From: a virus | Taxonomy: Duplodnaviria; Heunggongvirae; Uroviricota; Caudoviricetes | Direction: 5' to 3' (one strand) | IMG/VR virus record: IMGVR_UViG_2778261541_000010 | Coordinates: 1-30,311 of that record | Length of the DNA: 30,311 bases | Program-made: the position numbers and the translations under genes | The notes under the pieces: generated by a model | Database searches by the model: none | What the model saw: only the letters and a program-made list of their open reading frames with translations | What the model was told of the DNA's origin: nothing | Part shown: positions 7,481 to 15,264 of the stretch, one piece after another | Layout: every line of letters starts with the position of its first letter | How positions within the stretch are numbered: position 1 is the first letter of the stretch

Positions 7481-8278
7481 ATGAGCAGACATGCAACAGA
7501 TTGGGCCTGGGAGACAGATCCAGGGAGCTCGTCATTAAAGCTCATACTGCTCTCGATGGCTGACAGAGCCGATGAATATAACCTCTGCTACCCCAGCATA
7601 GAACGCCTCGTTAAAGACACTTGCCTGAATAAAAAAACCGTGCAGGCCGGACTTATATCGCTCATGAAAATGGGGCTTATTTCAGATACCGGAGAGAGAA
7701 AGGGAGCGACGAAAAGAGTGCGGGTTTTCTCTCTTAATATAACCAAAAACGGGAACATTAAAGGCAACCGGGAAGGGAGGAATGTTCCCGAAAACGGTAA
7801 TGTTCCCGAAAACGGGATGTTGAATGATCCCAAAAACGGGATGTTGAATGATCCCAAAAACGGGATCCAGAACCAGTCATATAACCAGTCATTTAACCAA
7901 GAGAGGGAGAGCAGGACAAAAACCGGGGATTCTGTGCCTCATGACCCCGGCGCAAACAACGCCGTGATGAATAACTTTGTTCCTCCTGGTGGGCCAGGGC
8001 AATTAGGCAAATTTGTCATGCATGAACAATGGCAACCATCAGATGACTTTCTTCGGAAAAGCTCATTGCAGGGGATCTACCTGGACAGTCTGCCAACGGC
8101 ACAGGAACTTGCAGAGTTCAGAATTTACTGGATGGCTGAGGGTAAGGCATACCATCAGGCACAGTGGGAGCAGAAGCTGGCAAGGCGGCTGCAGATTAGC
8201 AGACAGAAGCAATCAACATTACCTGATAACAACGTTCCGCACTGGAACAGCCCTGAAGCATGGGAGGATTTCTTGTGA
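7481..8278 (+). CDS. Replication initiator (lambda O-like) with iterons inside the coding sequence
   Basis: N-terminal HTH-like region, internal peptide repeats NVPENG/MLNDPKNG encoded by DNA iterons, C-terminal region typical of initiator/primosome proteins; GGAG RBS; followed by a P-like gene with GTGA overlap. Confidence 0.7.
   Translation: MSRHATDWAWETDPGSSSLKLILLSMADRADEYNLCYPSIERLVKDTCLNKKTVQAGLISLMKMGLISDTGERKGATKRVRVFSLNITKNGNIKGNREGRNVPENGNVPENGMLNDPKNGMLNDPKNGIQNQSYNQSFNQERESRTKTGDSVPHDPGANNAVMNNFVPPGGPGQLGKFVMHEQWQPSDDFLRKSSLQGIYLDSLPTAQELAEFRIYWMAEGKAYHQAQWEQKLARRLQISRQKQSTLPDNNVPHWNSPEAWEDFL
7741..7900. repeat. Iteron cluster (putative origin of replication) inside the O-like gene
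   Basis: Tandem 18-bp repeat AATGTTCCCGAAAACGG(T/G) x2 (7781-7816), tandem 24-bp repeat ATGTTGAATGATCCCAAAAACGGG x2 (7817-7864), shared core AAAACGGG in 5 copies including an inverted partial copy at 7746-7758, then AACCAGTCAT x2 (7871-7892). Confidence 0.7.
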
Positions 8279-9060
8279 ACAACGTTTTTACCGCGATACA
8301 AAACCGTGACGGAGAAGCCCTTTCTCGCATGTCAGGTTATGAGCATCAGTACACCAACAATGACAACGTGGTGAACATGTCAGCAGAGAGGCTTGTTGAT
8401 GCCCTTTTCAAACAGCTGAAACAACTGTTTCCGGCGGCAGTGGTAACCAACCTGAAGACGCCAGAGCAGGAAGTTGCTGCAAAACAGCAGTGGATTGCTG
8501 CGTTTGCCGAAGGGGGGATCCGAACCCGTGAACAGGTTTCTGCTGGTATGCGCCACGCCCGCGCCAGTGAATCTCCGTTCTGGCCGTCGCCTGGGCAATT
8601 TATCAAGTGGTGTAAAGACAGCAAGATGGTTCTTGGCGTCACCATTGACGATGTGATGGCGGAGTTTCACCGGTACAGCAAGGAAAAAAGTTTATATCCT
8701 GGTGGTCCCGAAAGATTCCCGTGGCGACATCCGGTTATGTACTGGGTCGTATGTGATACCCGCCGTGCAATGTATCAGCGCCAGCTTAGCGAGATTGAGG
8801 TTGAGAAACACGCGCGCAGGCTGCTCGATGATTGGGCGAAAAAGGTGGCTTCCGGACAGCAGATACCCGATCCGGTGATCAGCATACAGGCAAAGCCAGA
8901 ACCCATGAGTACGCCTCCTGACACTGGGAGAGACGTTTACCATCCACCAGGGCGAAGTTTCGGGTGCATGCCTAACGCCGCCACCCTGGGGGGAATAACA
9001 CCGGCGCAGTGGCTGATAGAGGAATACAGGCGGGGAAAGGCGGCAGGATTTATCAAGTAA
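8275..9060 (+). CDS. Replication protein P-like helicase loader
   Basis: LFPAAVVTNLK...QQWIAAFAEGGIRTREQVSAGMRHARASESPFWPSPGQFIKWCK parallels lambda P (TFPASLANRD...RRQWVLAFRENGITTMEQVNAGMRVARRQNRPFLPSPGQFVAWCR); GTG 8275 preceded by GGGAGG, ATG 8260 is the alternative start. Confidence 0.8.
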   Translation: MNNVFTAIQNRDGEALSRMSGYEHQYTNNDNVVNMSAERLVDALFKQLKQLFPAAVVTNLKTPEQEVAAKQQWIAAFAEGGIRTREQVSAGMRHARASESPFWPSPGQFIKWCKDSKMVLGVTIDDVMAEFHRYSKEKSLYPGGPERFPWRHPVMYWVVCDTRRAMYQRQLSEIEVEKHARRLLDDWAKKVASGQQIPDPVISIQAKPEPMSTPPDTGRDVYHPPGRSFGCMPNAATLGGITPAQWLIEEYRRGKAAGFIK

Positions 9061-9065
9061 TACCA

Positions 9066-9085
9066 GCGCGATAGCGCATTTTTTT
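9066..9085 (+). terminator. Weak intrinsic terminator-like element after the P-like gene
   Basis: Short GCGC-GATA-GCGC stem followed by ATTTTTTT. Confidence 0.35.
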
Positions 9086-9097
9086 ACGCCTACATGA

Positions 9098-9112
9098 TTA
9101 CCTGTTGGGTAA
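9098..9112. promoter_or_regulatory. Operator: TTACCTGTTGGGTAA
   Basis: Perfect palindrome upstream of the -35 of the 9.1-kb promoter. Confidence 0.7.
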
Positions 9113-9131
9113 CAAAATGTTCTAATCTCTA

Positions 9132-9160
9132 TTGATTCCATGTCTTATGTGGTTTTTAAT
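9132..9160 (+). promoter_or_regulatory. Promoter for the accessory (nin-like) operon
   Basis: TTGATT (9132-9137)-17 bp-TTTAAT (9155-9160); flanked by operators at 9098 and 9160. Confidence 0.5.
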
Positions 9161-9174
9161 TACCTAAGGGGTAA
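9160..9174. promoter_or_regulatory. Operator: TTACCTAAGGGGTAA overlapping the -10/+1 region and the ribosome-binding site of the DUF1064 gene
   Basis: Perfect palindrome ending 4 nt before the ATG at 9178; 62 bp from the 9098 site. Confidence 0.7.
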
Positions 9175-9177
9175 ATC

Positions 9178-9522
9178 ATGAGAAAACAGATACAGGCTCT
9201 TGGTCGACTCAAAACAGGCCAAATGAACAAAACAGAATCTGCGTATTGCCAGCACCTTGAGCTGCGTAAACGTGCAGGAGAAATCGTCTGGTATCGATTT
9301 GAGGGTATCAAGCTGCGGTTAGCTGACAACACGTTCTATACGCCCGATTTTGCTGTGATGCTCGCCACCGGCGAGATGGAACTGCACGAAGTGAAAGGTT
9401 TCTGGACCGACGACGCCAGGGTGAAAACCAAAGTCGCCGCAGATCAGTATCCGTTCCGAATCATCGGGGTAACGGTTAAACCAAAGAAAGCAGGTGGTGG
9501 CTGGAACATCGAAGAGTTCTGA
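9178..9522 (+). CDS. DUF1064-like phage protein with a PD-(D/E)XK-like motif
   Basis: TPDFAV...ELHEVKG motif; first gene after an operator-flanked promoter. Confidence 0.5.
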   Translation: MRKQIQALGRLKTGQMNKTESAYCQHLELRKRAGEIVWYRFEGIKLRLADNTFYTPDFAVMLATGEMELHEVKGFWTDDARVKTKVAADQYPFRIIGVTVKPKKAGGGWNIEEF

Positions 9523-9583
9523 AGCGACGATCTTTTTAGTTATCAATGTAATCAATAAGTTATGTGGATAAGCGAGGGTAAAG

Positions 9584-10114
9584 ATGGAAAGTAATATCAA
9601 AGGGTTAGTTGCCGCCGGGCATGAGATGGCTTCGGAACTGAAAGCAGAATGTGGTGCCGTTGATATGCGCAGTGTGGCAAAGCTGATCAGCGATTTGGCA
9701 ACGCAACTGGAAGTGCAACTGGTGCGTGCTAATGTGCTGGCGGCGGAGAATGCGGGGCTTAAGGCGATATGTGATGACCGTCGCAGATTCATCATGAATG
9801 GGGTGCAGATGGGTTATATCAAGGTGCCAGCAGCGGAAACAGATCCAGACCTTGAGACAATTCGCATTGCTATATCACCACAAAAGCCCATTCCAGCCAC
9901 TGATGCTTTCCTGTCTGAAGTGCGGGCGCAGGGGGGGGATGCTGCTATAGAAGCTGCAAAAAATCTGGTGGTCCAAGAATATGAGTATAAGGATTTCAAA
10001 GCGGCGCAGAGTGATTGCTGTATGCACCCTGGTTCAGACCTGGTAGGGAAGGTTGAAATGACTGAGTGGTTAGTTGACTTTGCTGCCCAGCTTCGCAAAG
10101 GAGGCAACCAGTGA
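9584..10114 (+). CDS. Hypothetical phage protein (possibly Ea22-like)
   Basis: 176-aa ORF with GAGGG RBS; family assignment tentative. Confidence 0.45.
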   Translation: MESNIKGLVAAGHEMASELKAECGAVDMRSVAKLISDLATQLEVQLVRANVLAAENAGLKAICDDRRRFIMNGVQMGYIKVPAAETDPDLETIRIAISPQKPIPATDAFLSEVRAQGGDAAIEAAKNLVVQEYEYKDFKAAQSDCCMHPGSDLVGKVEMTEWLVDFAAQLRKGGNQ

Positions 10115-10728
10115 GCGAAATTAATTACCAGGCATTGCGTGAGGTGGCGGAACGTGCAATTCCAGCAATGGAACGCCTGTTAATGTTGCCAGTTGATGAT
10201 GATTTGTTAAGTGAACAGGAACTTAAAGATTACGGTGTGGATATTGATGCGCTCAACGCCTTCAAACTTCTGGCCGGACCAGAAACCGTGCTGGCACTAC
10301 TGGATGAACGGGAAAGAAACCAGCAATACATCAAACGCCGCGACCAGGAGAACGAGGAGATTGCGCTAACGGTAGGGAAACTGCGTGTTGAGCTTGAGGA
10401 AGCAAAATCAAAACTCAACGAGCAGCGTGAATATTACGAAGGTGTTATCTCGGATGGGAGTAAGCGCATTGCTGAACTGGAAAGCAACGAAGTCCATGAA
10501 GACGGAAATCAGTTTCTTGTTGTTCGCCACCCCGGGAAATCTCCGGTAATCAAGCACTGCACTGGTGACCTGGAAGAGTTTCTGCGGAAGTTAATCGAAC
10601 AAGACCCGTTAGTAACTATCGACATCATTACGCATCGCTATTACGGGATTGGCGGTCAATGGGTTCAGGATGCAGTTGAGTATCTGCATATGATGTCTGA
10701 CGCTGGCATTCGCATCAAAGGAGAGTGA
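10111..10728 (+). CDS. ead/Ea22-like family protein
   Basis: N-terminal INYQALREVAERA plus central coiled coil resembles Ea22-like proteins of lambdoid prophages; AAAGGAGG RBS, GTGA overlap with upstream stop. Confidence 0.5.
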   Translation: MSEINYQALREVAERAIPAMERLLMLPVDDDLLSEQELKDYGVDIDALNAFKLLAGPETVLALLDERERNQQYIKRRDQENEEIALTVGKLRVELEEAKSKLNEQREYYEGVISDGSKRIAELESNEVHEDGNQFLVVRHPGKSPVIKHCTGDLEEFLRKLIEQDPLVTIDIITHRYYGIGGQWVQDAVEYLHMMSDAGIRIKGE

Positions 10729-10729
10729 T

Positions 10730-11218
10730 ATGAGCGCTATAACCAAAGAACGTATCGAATTATTCATTAAAAATCCGCTCGATAACGGACTTACCCGTGG
10801 CGAACAAATGGAACTGGCACGAATTGCACTGGCATCGCTGGAAGCAGAGCCGGTGGTGTGGAAGGTAACATTCACGCAAATTGACCGTGAATATAACACG
10901 TTCACTGGTATGTATTCTGACAAAGCAGAAGTCGAACGGTGGCTGCGGCTGCATAAAGCATGTAATTTTCGGGCAGATATAACACCGCTTTATACCGCCA
11001 AGCCAGTGCCGGTAACTCCGGATGGTTGGATAAGCTGTAGTGAGCGAATGCCCGCTCAAGATGATTGGATTTTAATTTATTCAAAGCACGGTGAGTATAT
11101 GGCAGGACAGGTGCAAGGGGAATACGTGGAGTTGAGCGACGGCACTTTATCGTGGTTAGGGAACGCCTTGTTCTGGATGCCACTACCGGAACCACCGCAG
11201 GAGGTTAACCGTGGCTAA
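10730..11218 (+). CDS. DUF551 domain protein
   Basis: C-terminal WISCSERMP...WMPLPEPP matches the DUF551 signature common in lambdoid nin regions. Confidence 0.6.
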   Translation: MSAITKERIELFIKNPLDNGLTRGEQMELARIALASLEAEPVVWKVTFTQIDREYNTFTGMYSDKAEVERWLRLHKACNFRADITPLYTAKPVPVTPDGWISCSERMPAQDDWILIYSKHGEYMAGQVQGEYVELSDGTLSWLGNALFWMPLPEPPQEVNRG

Positions 11219-11492
11219 CCTGCAACTTGCCGTCAAAGGTGAATACTTCGATGCCATGATTCGCGGGGAGAAAACGGAAGAGTATCGCCTGTGTAATGAC
11301 TACTGGAATAAGCGAATTATGTTCCGGGAGTATGACCGCCTGATTATCACAAAGGGATATCCGAAGCGCGACGATTCCAGCCGCAGAATTGACGTCCCGT
11401 ATGACGGATATGAAATCAAGACAATCACACATCCGCACTTCGGCGATAAACCGGTAAATGTGTTCGCGATAAAGGTAAATATTGATGGCTAA
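11211..11492 (+). CDS. Hypothetical protein, possibly ASCH/PUA-like fold
   Basis: 93-aa ORF (GTG start) overlapping the upstream stop; weak resemblance to ASCH-domain phage proteins. Confidence 0.4.
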   Translation: MANLQLAVKGEYFDAMIRGEKTEEYRLCNDYWNKRIMFREYDRLIITKGYPKRDDSSRRIDVPYDGYEIKTITHPHFGDKPVNVFAIKVNIDG

Positions 11493-11823
11493 ATCAGCAG
11501 CAGAGCGCAAAGCCGCTCAGAGAGCCAGACAAGCTGCATCTGGTGTGCGTAAGCTGGAAATTGTGCTTGATGCTCAGGAAATTGAAATGCTGGAGCGTAA
11601 CTGTGCCACGCGTCGCCCCGGGCGTGCGCCTTACGAATTTGGTGAGTATATAGCGTTACTGATCCGCCAGGATGATGCACGCGTGCGCGGGCGTATAAAA
11701 TCGATCAGCAGAAAACGTTGCGGTAAGTGCGGCGAGAGAGTTCCAGTTAATTCATGCCCGTGTAATGGTGACTCGCAATGCTGGGTGACCAAAGGCTGGC
11801 ATGAAACGAAATTAATAGTGTGA
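11485..11823 (+). CDS. Putative ribbon-helix-helix DNA-binding protein with C-terminal Cys-rich zinc-ribbon motif; candidate late-gene regulator
   Basis: RKLEIVLDAQEIEMLERN (beta-strand then helix, RHH-like) and CGKCG...CPCNGDSQC; last regulator-like gene before the terminase block. Confidence 0.45.
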   Translation: MAKSAAERKAAQRARQAASGVRKLEIVLDAQEIEMLERNCATRRPGRAPYEFGEYIALLIRQDDARVRGRIKSISRKRCGKCGERVPVNSCPCNGDSQCWVTKGWHETKLIV

Positions 11824-11840
11824 CATGTCACGAAGGTGTT

Positions 11841-12053
11841 ATGCCAAAAATACGCTACGACCTTGAAGATATGAGAGATAACTCAGCAAATTTTCCGAAA
11901 GAGGTTAAATTTCTCATGCATAAGTATGGTTGCGCCAGGAGGGATATAGTTATCGACAGTCAGCACCCTTGCGGCGAGGATGTAATTTTCATTCGCGGTA
12001 AATGGGAAGGGTATCTTGACGAGAGTTTTTACGATGAATTTGATGGACTTTGA
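11841..12053 (+). CDS. Hypothetical small protein (70 aa)
   Basis: ATG at 11841 with GAAGGTG RBS; the track ORF begins earlier inside a palindrome; followed by an intrinsic terminator. Confidence 0.4.
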   Translation: MPKIRYDLEDMRDNSANFPKEVKFLMHKYGCARRDIVIDSQHPCGEDVIFIRGKWEGYLDESFYDEFDGL

Positions 12054-12058
12054 ATACT

Positions 12059-12084
12059 GCCGCCAACTATGGCGGCTTTATTTT
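12059..12084 (+). terminator. Intrinsic terminator between the early/accessory region and the terminase genes
   Basis: GCCGCC-AACTAT-GGCGGC followed by TTTATTTT. Confidence 0.7.
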
Positions 12085-12095
12085 GCATGGTACTA

Positions 12096-12110
12096 TTACC
12101 ACAACGGTAA
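12096..12110. promoter_or_regulatory. Operator: TTACCACAACGGTAA, immediately upstream of the small terminase start
   Basis: Perfect palindrome; a degenerate overlapping repeat follows at 12114-12128 (TTACCACGGTGGTTA). Confidence 0.6.
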
Positions 12111-12127
12111 CTATTACCACGGTGGTT

Positions 12128-12724
12128 ATGATGCCTGCTGAACCTAAAACCTATAAACGCAAATCAACGCAATTTAAGCCACTAACAGCAATGCAGGAGG
12201 CTTATTGCCAGTCATACATCAAAACGCCTGAAAACCAGACTCAGGCAGCGATTAACGCAGGATTCTCCCCAAATACAGCGGCAGTTAAAGCCAGTGTCAT
12301 GATGCGCGATGAACGCATTCAAAAACGGATTGCCGAGCTGATGGAGGAGCGCAACAAACGAATGCGCGTCAGTGCTGATTACGTTCTCATGCGTCTGGTG
12401 GAGATCGACCAGATGGACGTGATCGACATCCTCAACGACGATGGGAGCCTTAAGCCAATCCGCGAGTGGCCGAAAATTTGGCGCACTACGCTTAGTGGCT
12501 TTGATCTGTCATCGACCATCATGAACATGAACGAGGATTCGATAGAGACAATCCTCAAAAAAATTAAATGGCCTGATAAGGTGAAGAACCTCGAACTGAT
12601 TGGTAAGCACGTCGACGTCAACGCATTCAAAGAACGCCTGGATGTTAATGTGAATGTGACAATTGCTGATCGCATAGCGGCAGCCAGGAAGAGACTGAAA
12701 GAACGTCAGGATGGCAATCAGTGA
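12128..12724 (+). CDS. Terminase small subunit
   Basis: TAMQEAYCQSYIKTPENQTQAAINAGFSP matches the HTH of phage small terminases; start trimmed to ATG 12128 (track start 12050 runs through a terminator and repeats). Confidence 0.7.
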   Translation: MMPAEPKTYKRKSTQFKPLTAMQEAYCQSYIKTPENQTQAAINAGFSPNTAAVKASVMMRDERIQKRIAELMEERNKRMRVSADYVLMRLVEIDQMDVIDILNDDGSLKPIREWPKIWRTTLSGFDLSSTIMNMNEDSIETILKKIKWPDKVKNLELIGKHVDVNAFKERLDVNVNVTIADRIAAARKRLKERQDGNQ

Positions 12725-14196
12725 CAGATACAGCGTTATCTCCTGAAGAGCAGTTAATCGAGGATATTGCAGGGTTCACTCACGATCCGCTTGGCTATGC
12801 CCTCTATGCGTTCCCGTGGGGGGAAGAGGGGACTGAACTGGCACATGCTACCGGCCCACGTCAGTGGCAGGCCGATGCGTTCCGAGAGATACGTGATCAC
12901 CTGCAGAATCCCGAGACGCGCTATCAGCCGCTTATGCTGGCACGTGCTTCGGGTCACGGTATTGGTAAATCAGCACTCATCTCAATGTTGATCAACTGGG
13001 GCATGTCCACTTGCGAGGATTGTAAGGTCGTGGTGACCGCCAACACCGACAACCAGCTACGAACGAAGACCTGGCCGGAAATTATCAAGTGGTCAAACCT
13101 TGCTATCACGAAAGACTGGTTTACCTGTACCGCTACCGCGATGTACAGCAATGACCCTGGGCACGACAAGCGGTGGCGAGCTGACGCAATCCCATGGTCT
13201 GAGCACAACACTGAGGCATTCGCCGGACTACACAACGAGCGCAAACGCATCATCGTGGTATTCGATGAAGCGTCGAACATTGCCGATCTGGTGTGGGAGG
13301 TAACAGAGGGTGCGCTGACGGACGAAGACACCGAAATCATCTGGGTGGCGTTCGGAAACCCGACTCGTAATACCGGACGTTTCCGTGAATGTTTCCGCAA
13401 GTATAAACACCGCTGGAAAACTGCGCAGATTGACAGTCGGACGGTGGAAGGTACCAACAAACAGCAGTTGCAGAAATGGGTTGATGACTACGGGGAAGAC
13501 AGCGACTTCGTTAAAATCCGTGTGCGTGGCATATTCCCTGATGCATCTGAATTGCAGTTTATCCCTACCGGTCTTACTGACGAGGCAATGAAACGGGTGG
13601 TAACCGCTGCGCAGGTTGCACATGCTCCGGTGATAATCGGCGTTGACCCGGCATACTCCGGTGTTGATGACGCTGTGATATACCTGCGGCAGGGGCTACA
13701 CAGTAAGGTGCTGTGGACTGGCAACAAGACTACCGACGATCTGATTATGGCGAAGCGTATCGCTGACTTTGAAGACCAGTATCAGGCTGACGCGGTGTTC
13801 ATCGACTTCGGTTACGGAACCGGTTTGAAGTCAATCGGTGACGGCTGGGGTCGTACATGGCAACTTGTTCCGTTCGGTGGCGCGTCTACTGACCCGCAGA
13901 TGCTCAACAAGCGTGGGGAGATGTTCAACTCATGCAAGACATGGCTGAGGCTCGGCGGCATGCTGGATGACCAAGAAACAGCGGACGACCTGTCGACGGC
14001 AGAGTACAAAGTTCGCGTGGACGGTAAAATCGTTATCGAACCGAAGGAAGATATCAAGGAGCGACTTGGGCGTTCGCCGGGGAAAGGCGATGCGCTATTG
14101 CTGACGTTTGCTTTCCCGGTCTCGAAACGCATAAATATACCAGGACAGCAAAGCCAGCAGGGAAGGGCCATAACGGATTATGACCCTTATGCTTAA
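12721..14196 (+). CDS. Terminase large subunit (ATPase/nuclease)
   Basis: Walker A-like ASGHGIGKS, Walker B-like IIVVFDEAS, C-terminal nuclease-like region; overlaps small-subunit stop. Confidence 0.85.
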   Translation: MTDTALSPEEQLIEDIAGFTHDPLGYALYAFPWGEEGTELAHATGPRQWQADAFREIRDHLQNPETRYQPLMLARASGHGIGKSALISMLINWGMSTCEDCKVVVTANTDNQLRTKTWPEIIKWSNLAITKDWFTCTATAMYSNDPGHDKRWRADAIPWSEHNTEAFAGLHNERKRIIVVFDEASNIADLVWEVTEGALTDEDTEIIWVAFGNPTRNTGRFRECFRKYKHRWKTAQIDSRTVEGTNKQQLQKWVDDYGEDSDFVKIRVRGIFPDASELQFIPTGLTDEAMKRVVTAAQVAHAPVIIGVDPAYSGVDDAVIYLRQGLHSKVLWTGNKTTDDLIMAKRIADFEDQYQADAVFIDFGYGTGLKSIGDGWGRTWQLVPFGGASTDPQMLNKRGEMFNSCKTWLRLGGMLDDQETADDLSTAEYKVRVDGKIVIEPKEDIKERLGRSPGKGDALLLTFAFPVSKRINIPGQQSQQGRAITDYDPYA

Positions 14197-14237
14197 TCCG
14201 CTGGTGGGGATAATACTGCTGATATCCTCTGGTGAGG

Positions 14238-14266
14238 ATAAAACAAAGCCAGCTCATCGGCTGGCT
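14238..14266. terminator. Terminator between convergent terminase large subunit and the moron gene (strong on minus strand, weak on plus)
   Basis: AGCCAGC-TCATCG-GCTGGCT; minus-strand reading is followed by TTGTTTTAT, plus-strand by GTTTGT. Confidence 0.6.
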
Positions 14267-14286
14267 GTTTGTGACATGTCACGGTG

Positions 14287-14667
14287 TTATTGCTCGCTTA
14301 ACTTCTGCTTCAGCAAGTAACCTTCGAGCATCCAGATTTTGTTTACAGCATTCTGCCGGGCAATCTTCCGACCAATTTCTGCATCAAAATTTTCCGGGCT
14401 TGCACAGGCACTCTCTCCGGTGACGGTGAAGCCATTCTTCAGCACCAGTACGCAGAAAGTGAGCAACTTCAATGGTGATAAATCACGATCGCCTTCTTCT
14501 GGTTTTTCTCTGCCACAATATTCGTTGCTGGAAATGGCACCATTTCGTCCATCATAAGCAGTAAAGTAATGCTCGCTTTTAATCACATCTTCGATGTGCT
14601 GCGGGGTGATTCGCGGTGCCGTTTTGCCTTTCTCAACGATTTCTTTTTCGATTTGCTGGTCGTTCAT
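14287..14667 (-). CDS. Reverse-oriented moron gene, likely DUF1398 (YbcV/YdfO-like) family
   Basis: 126-aa ORF on the opposite strand to all flanking structural genes; AAGGTGAG RBS; intrinsic terminators on both sides; family assignment from memory of YbcV/YdfO-like prophage proteins. Confidence 0.5.
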   Translation of the reverse strand: MNDQQIEKEIVEKGKTAPRITPQHIEDVIKSEHYFTAYDGRNGAISSNEYCGREKPEEGDRDLSPLKLLTFCVLVLKNGFTVTGESACASPENFDAEIGRKIARQNAVNKIWMLEGYLLKQKLSEQ

Positions 14668-14678
14668 AATCTCACCTT

Positions 14679-14702
14679 AAAAAAATGCCCGGTTCGCCGG
14701 GC
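14679..14702 (-). terminator. Intrinsic terminator directly upstream of the moron gene RBS (minus strand)
   Basis: Minus-strand GCCCGG-CGAA-CCGGGC followed by ATTTTTTT, then AAGGTGAG and the ATG. Confidence 0.65.
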
Positions 14703-14780
14703 GAACTGGAAGCAATGAGTTATGCCTTCCGTGGCTGTACTGGTTTACAGCATGAAGTCATCGCAATGGCGTCCTGCTGT

Positions 14781-14822
14781 AAAAAGGGCGGTGATAGTCC
14801 TTCAAGGGAAACCATCACCGCC
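14781..14822 (-). terminator. Terminator downstream of tRNA-Arg (minus strand)
   Basis: 9-bp stem GGCGGTGAT/ATCACCGCC with structured loop, followed on the minus strand by CTTTTTAC. Confidence 0.55.
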
Positions 14823-14865
14823 AAGCACCTGGAACTTCTGGCATCACGGTCCTTAGGCGTGATTC

Positions 14866-14942
14866 TGGCGTGGCATGCAGGATTCGAACCTGCGACCAAC
14901 CGCTTAGAAGGCGGTTGCTCTGTCCGACTGAGCTAATGCCAC
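14866..14942 (-). tRNA. tRNA-Arg (anticodon UCU), phage-encoded, with encoded CCA
   Basis: Reverse complement folds as a 77-nt cloverleaf: acceptor GTGGCAT/ATGCCAC, D-arm GCTC-AGTCGGACA-GAGC, anticodon arm ACCGC-CTTCTAA-GCGGT (anticodon TCT), T-arm GCAGG-TTCGAAT-CCTGC, discriminator G, CCA. Confidence 0.9.
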
Positions 14943-15264
14943 AACGCTGAGAGCACTTAGCCTGTTAAGGCGCCACACTTTGTCGCGGCTCCATAAATGC
15001 TCTCATCGTTGTACCCTCGCCTCTTCCGAGGCGTCACACCGAATCGCCGGGATGGTGAATCCCCGTGCGCGGAATAAAACCGCTCGACTTGCACATTCCG
15101 GCTACCTGGTTCGTTTGCCCGAGCAAGGGAGGGTGCCCCTTAAACGTATCCAGACCGCTATCGGCGCATGTGCCATACGCCGTACTGCTCAAAATAAAAG
15201 CTCACTCCACCTGTTCAATTTAACGACAAGCCAGTCAGGTTAGTAACCGGAATGAACCCTTTAC

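Noticed and set aside
7781-7864. Tandem repeats considered as a possible CRISPR array
   Set aside because: Only two copies each of 18-bp and 24-bp units with no unique spacers, and they are in-frame inside a replication initiator gene; iterons explain them
12050-12127. N-terminal extension of the small terminase ORF (MNTAANYGG...TITTTVTITTVV)
   Set aside because: The extension is translated through an intrinsic terminator and the operator direct repeats; the internal ATG at 12128 with a GGTGG RBS is the more plausible start
12954-13460. 168-aa minus-strand ORF inside the terminase large subunit
   Set aside because: Antisense to a gene with clear Walker motifs; no independent support
14685-14936. 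83-aa plus-strand ORF
   Set aside because: Overlaps the tRNA-Arg gene and two minus-strand terminators; its sequence is explained by those RNA elements
14980-15243. 87-aa plus-strand ORF in the tRNA-adjacent noncoding region
   Set aside because: No ribosome-binding site, highly basic low-complexity product, region is hairpin-rich; more likely noncoding
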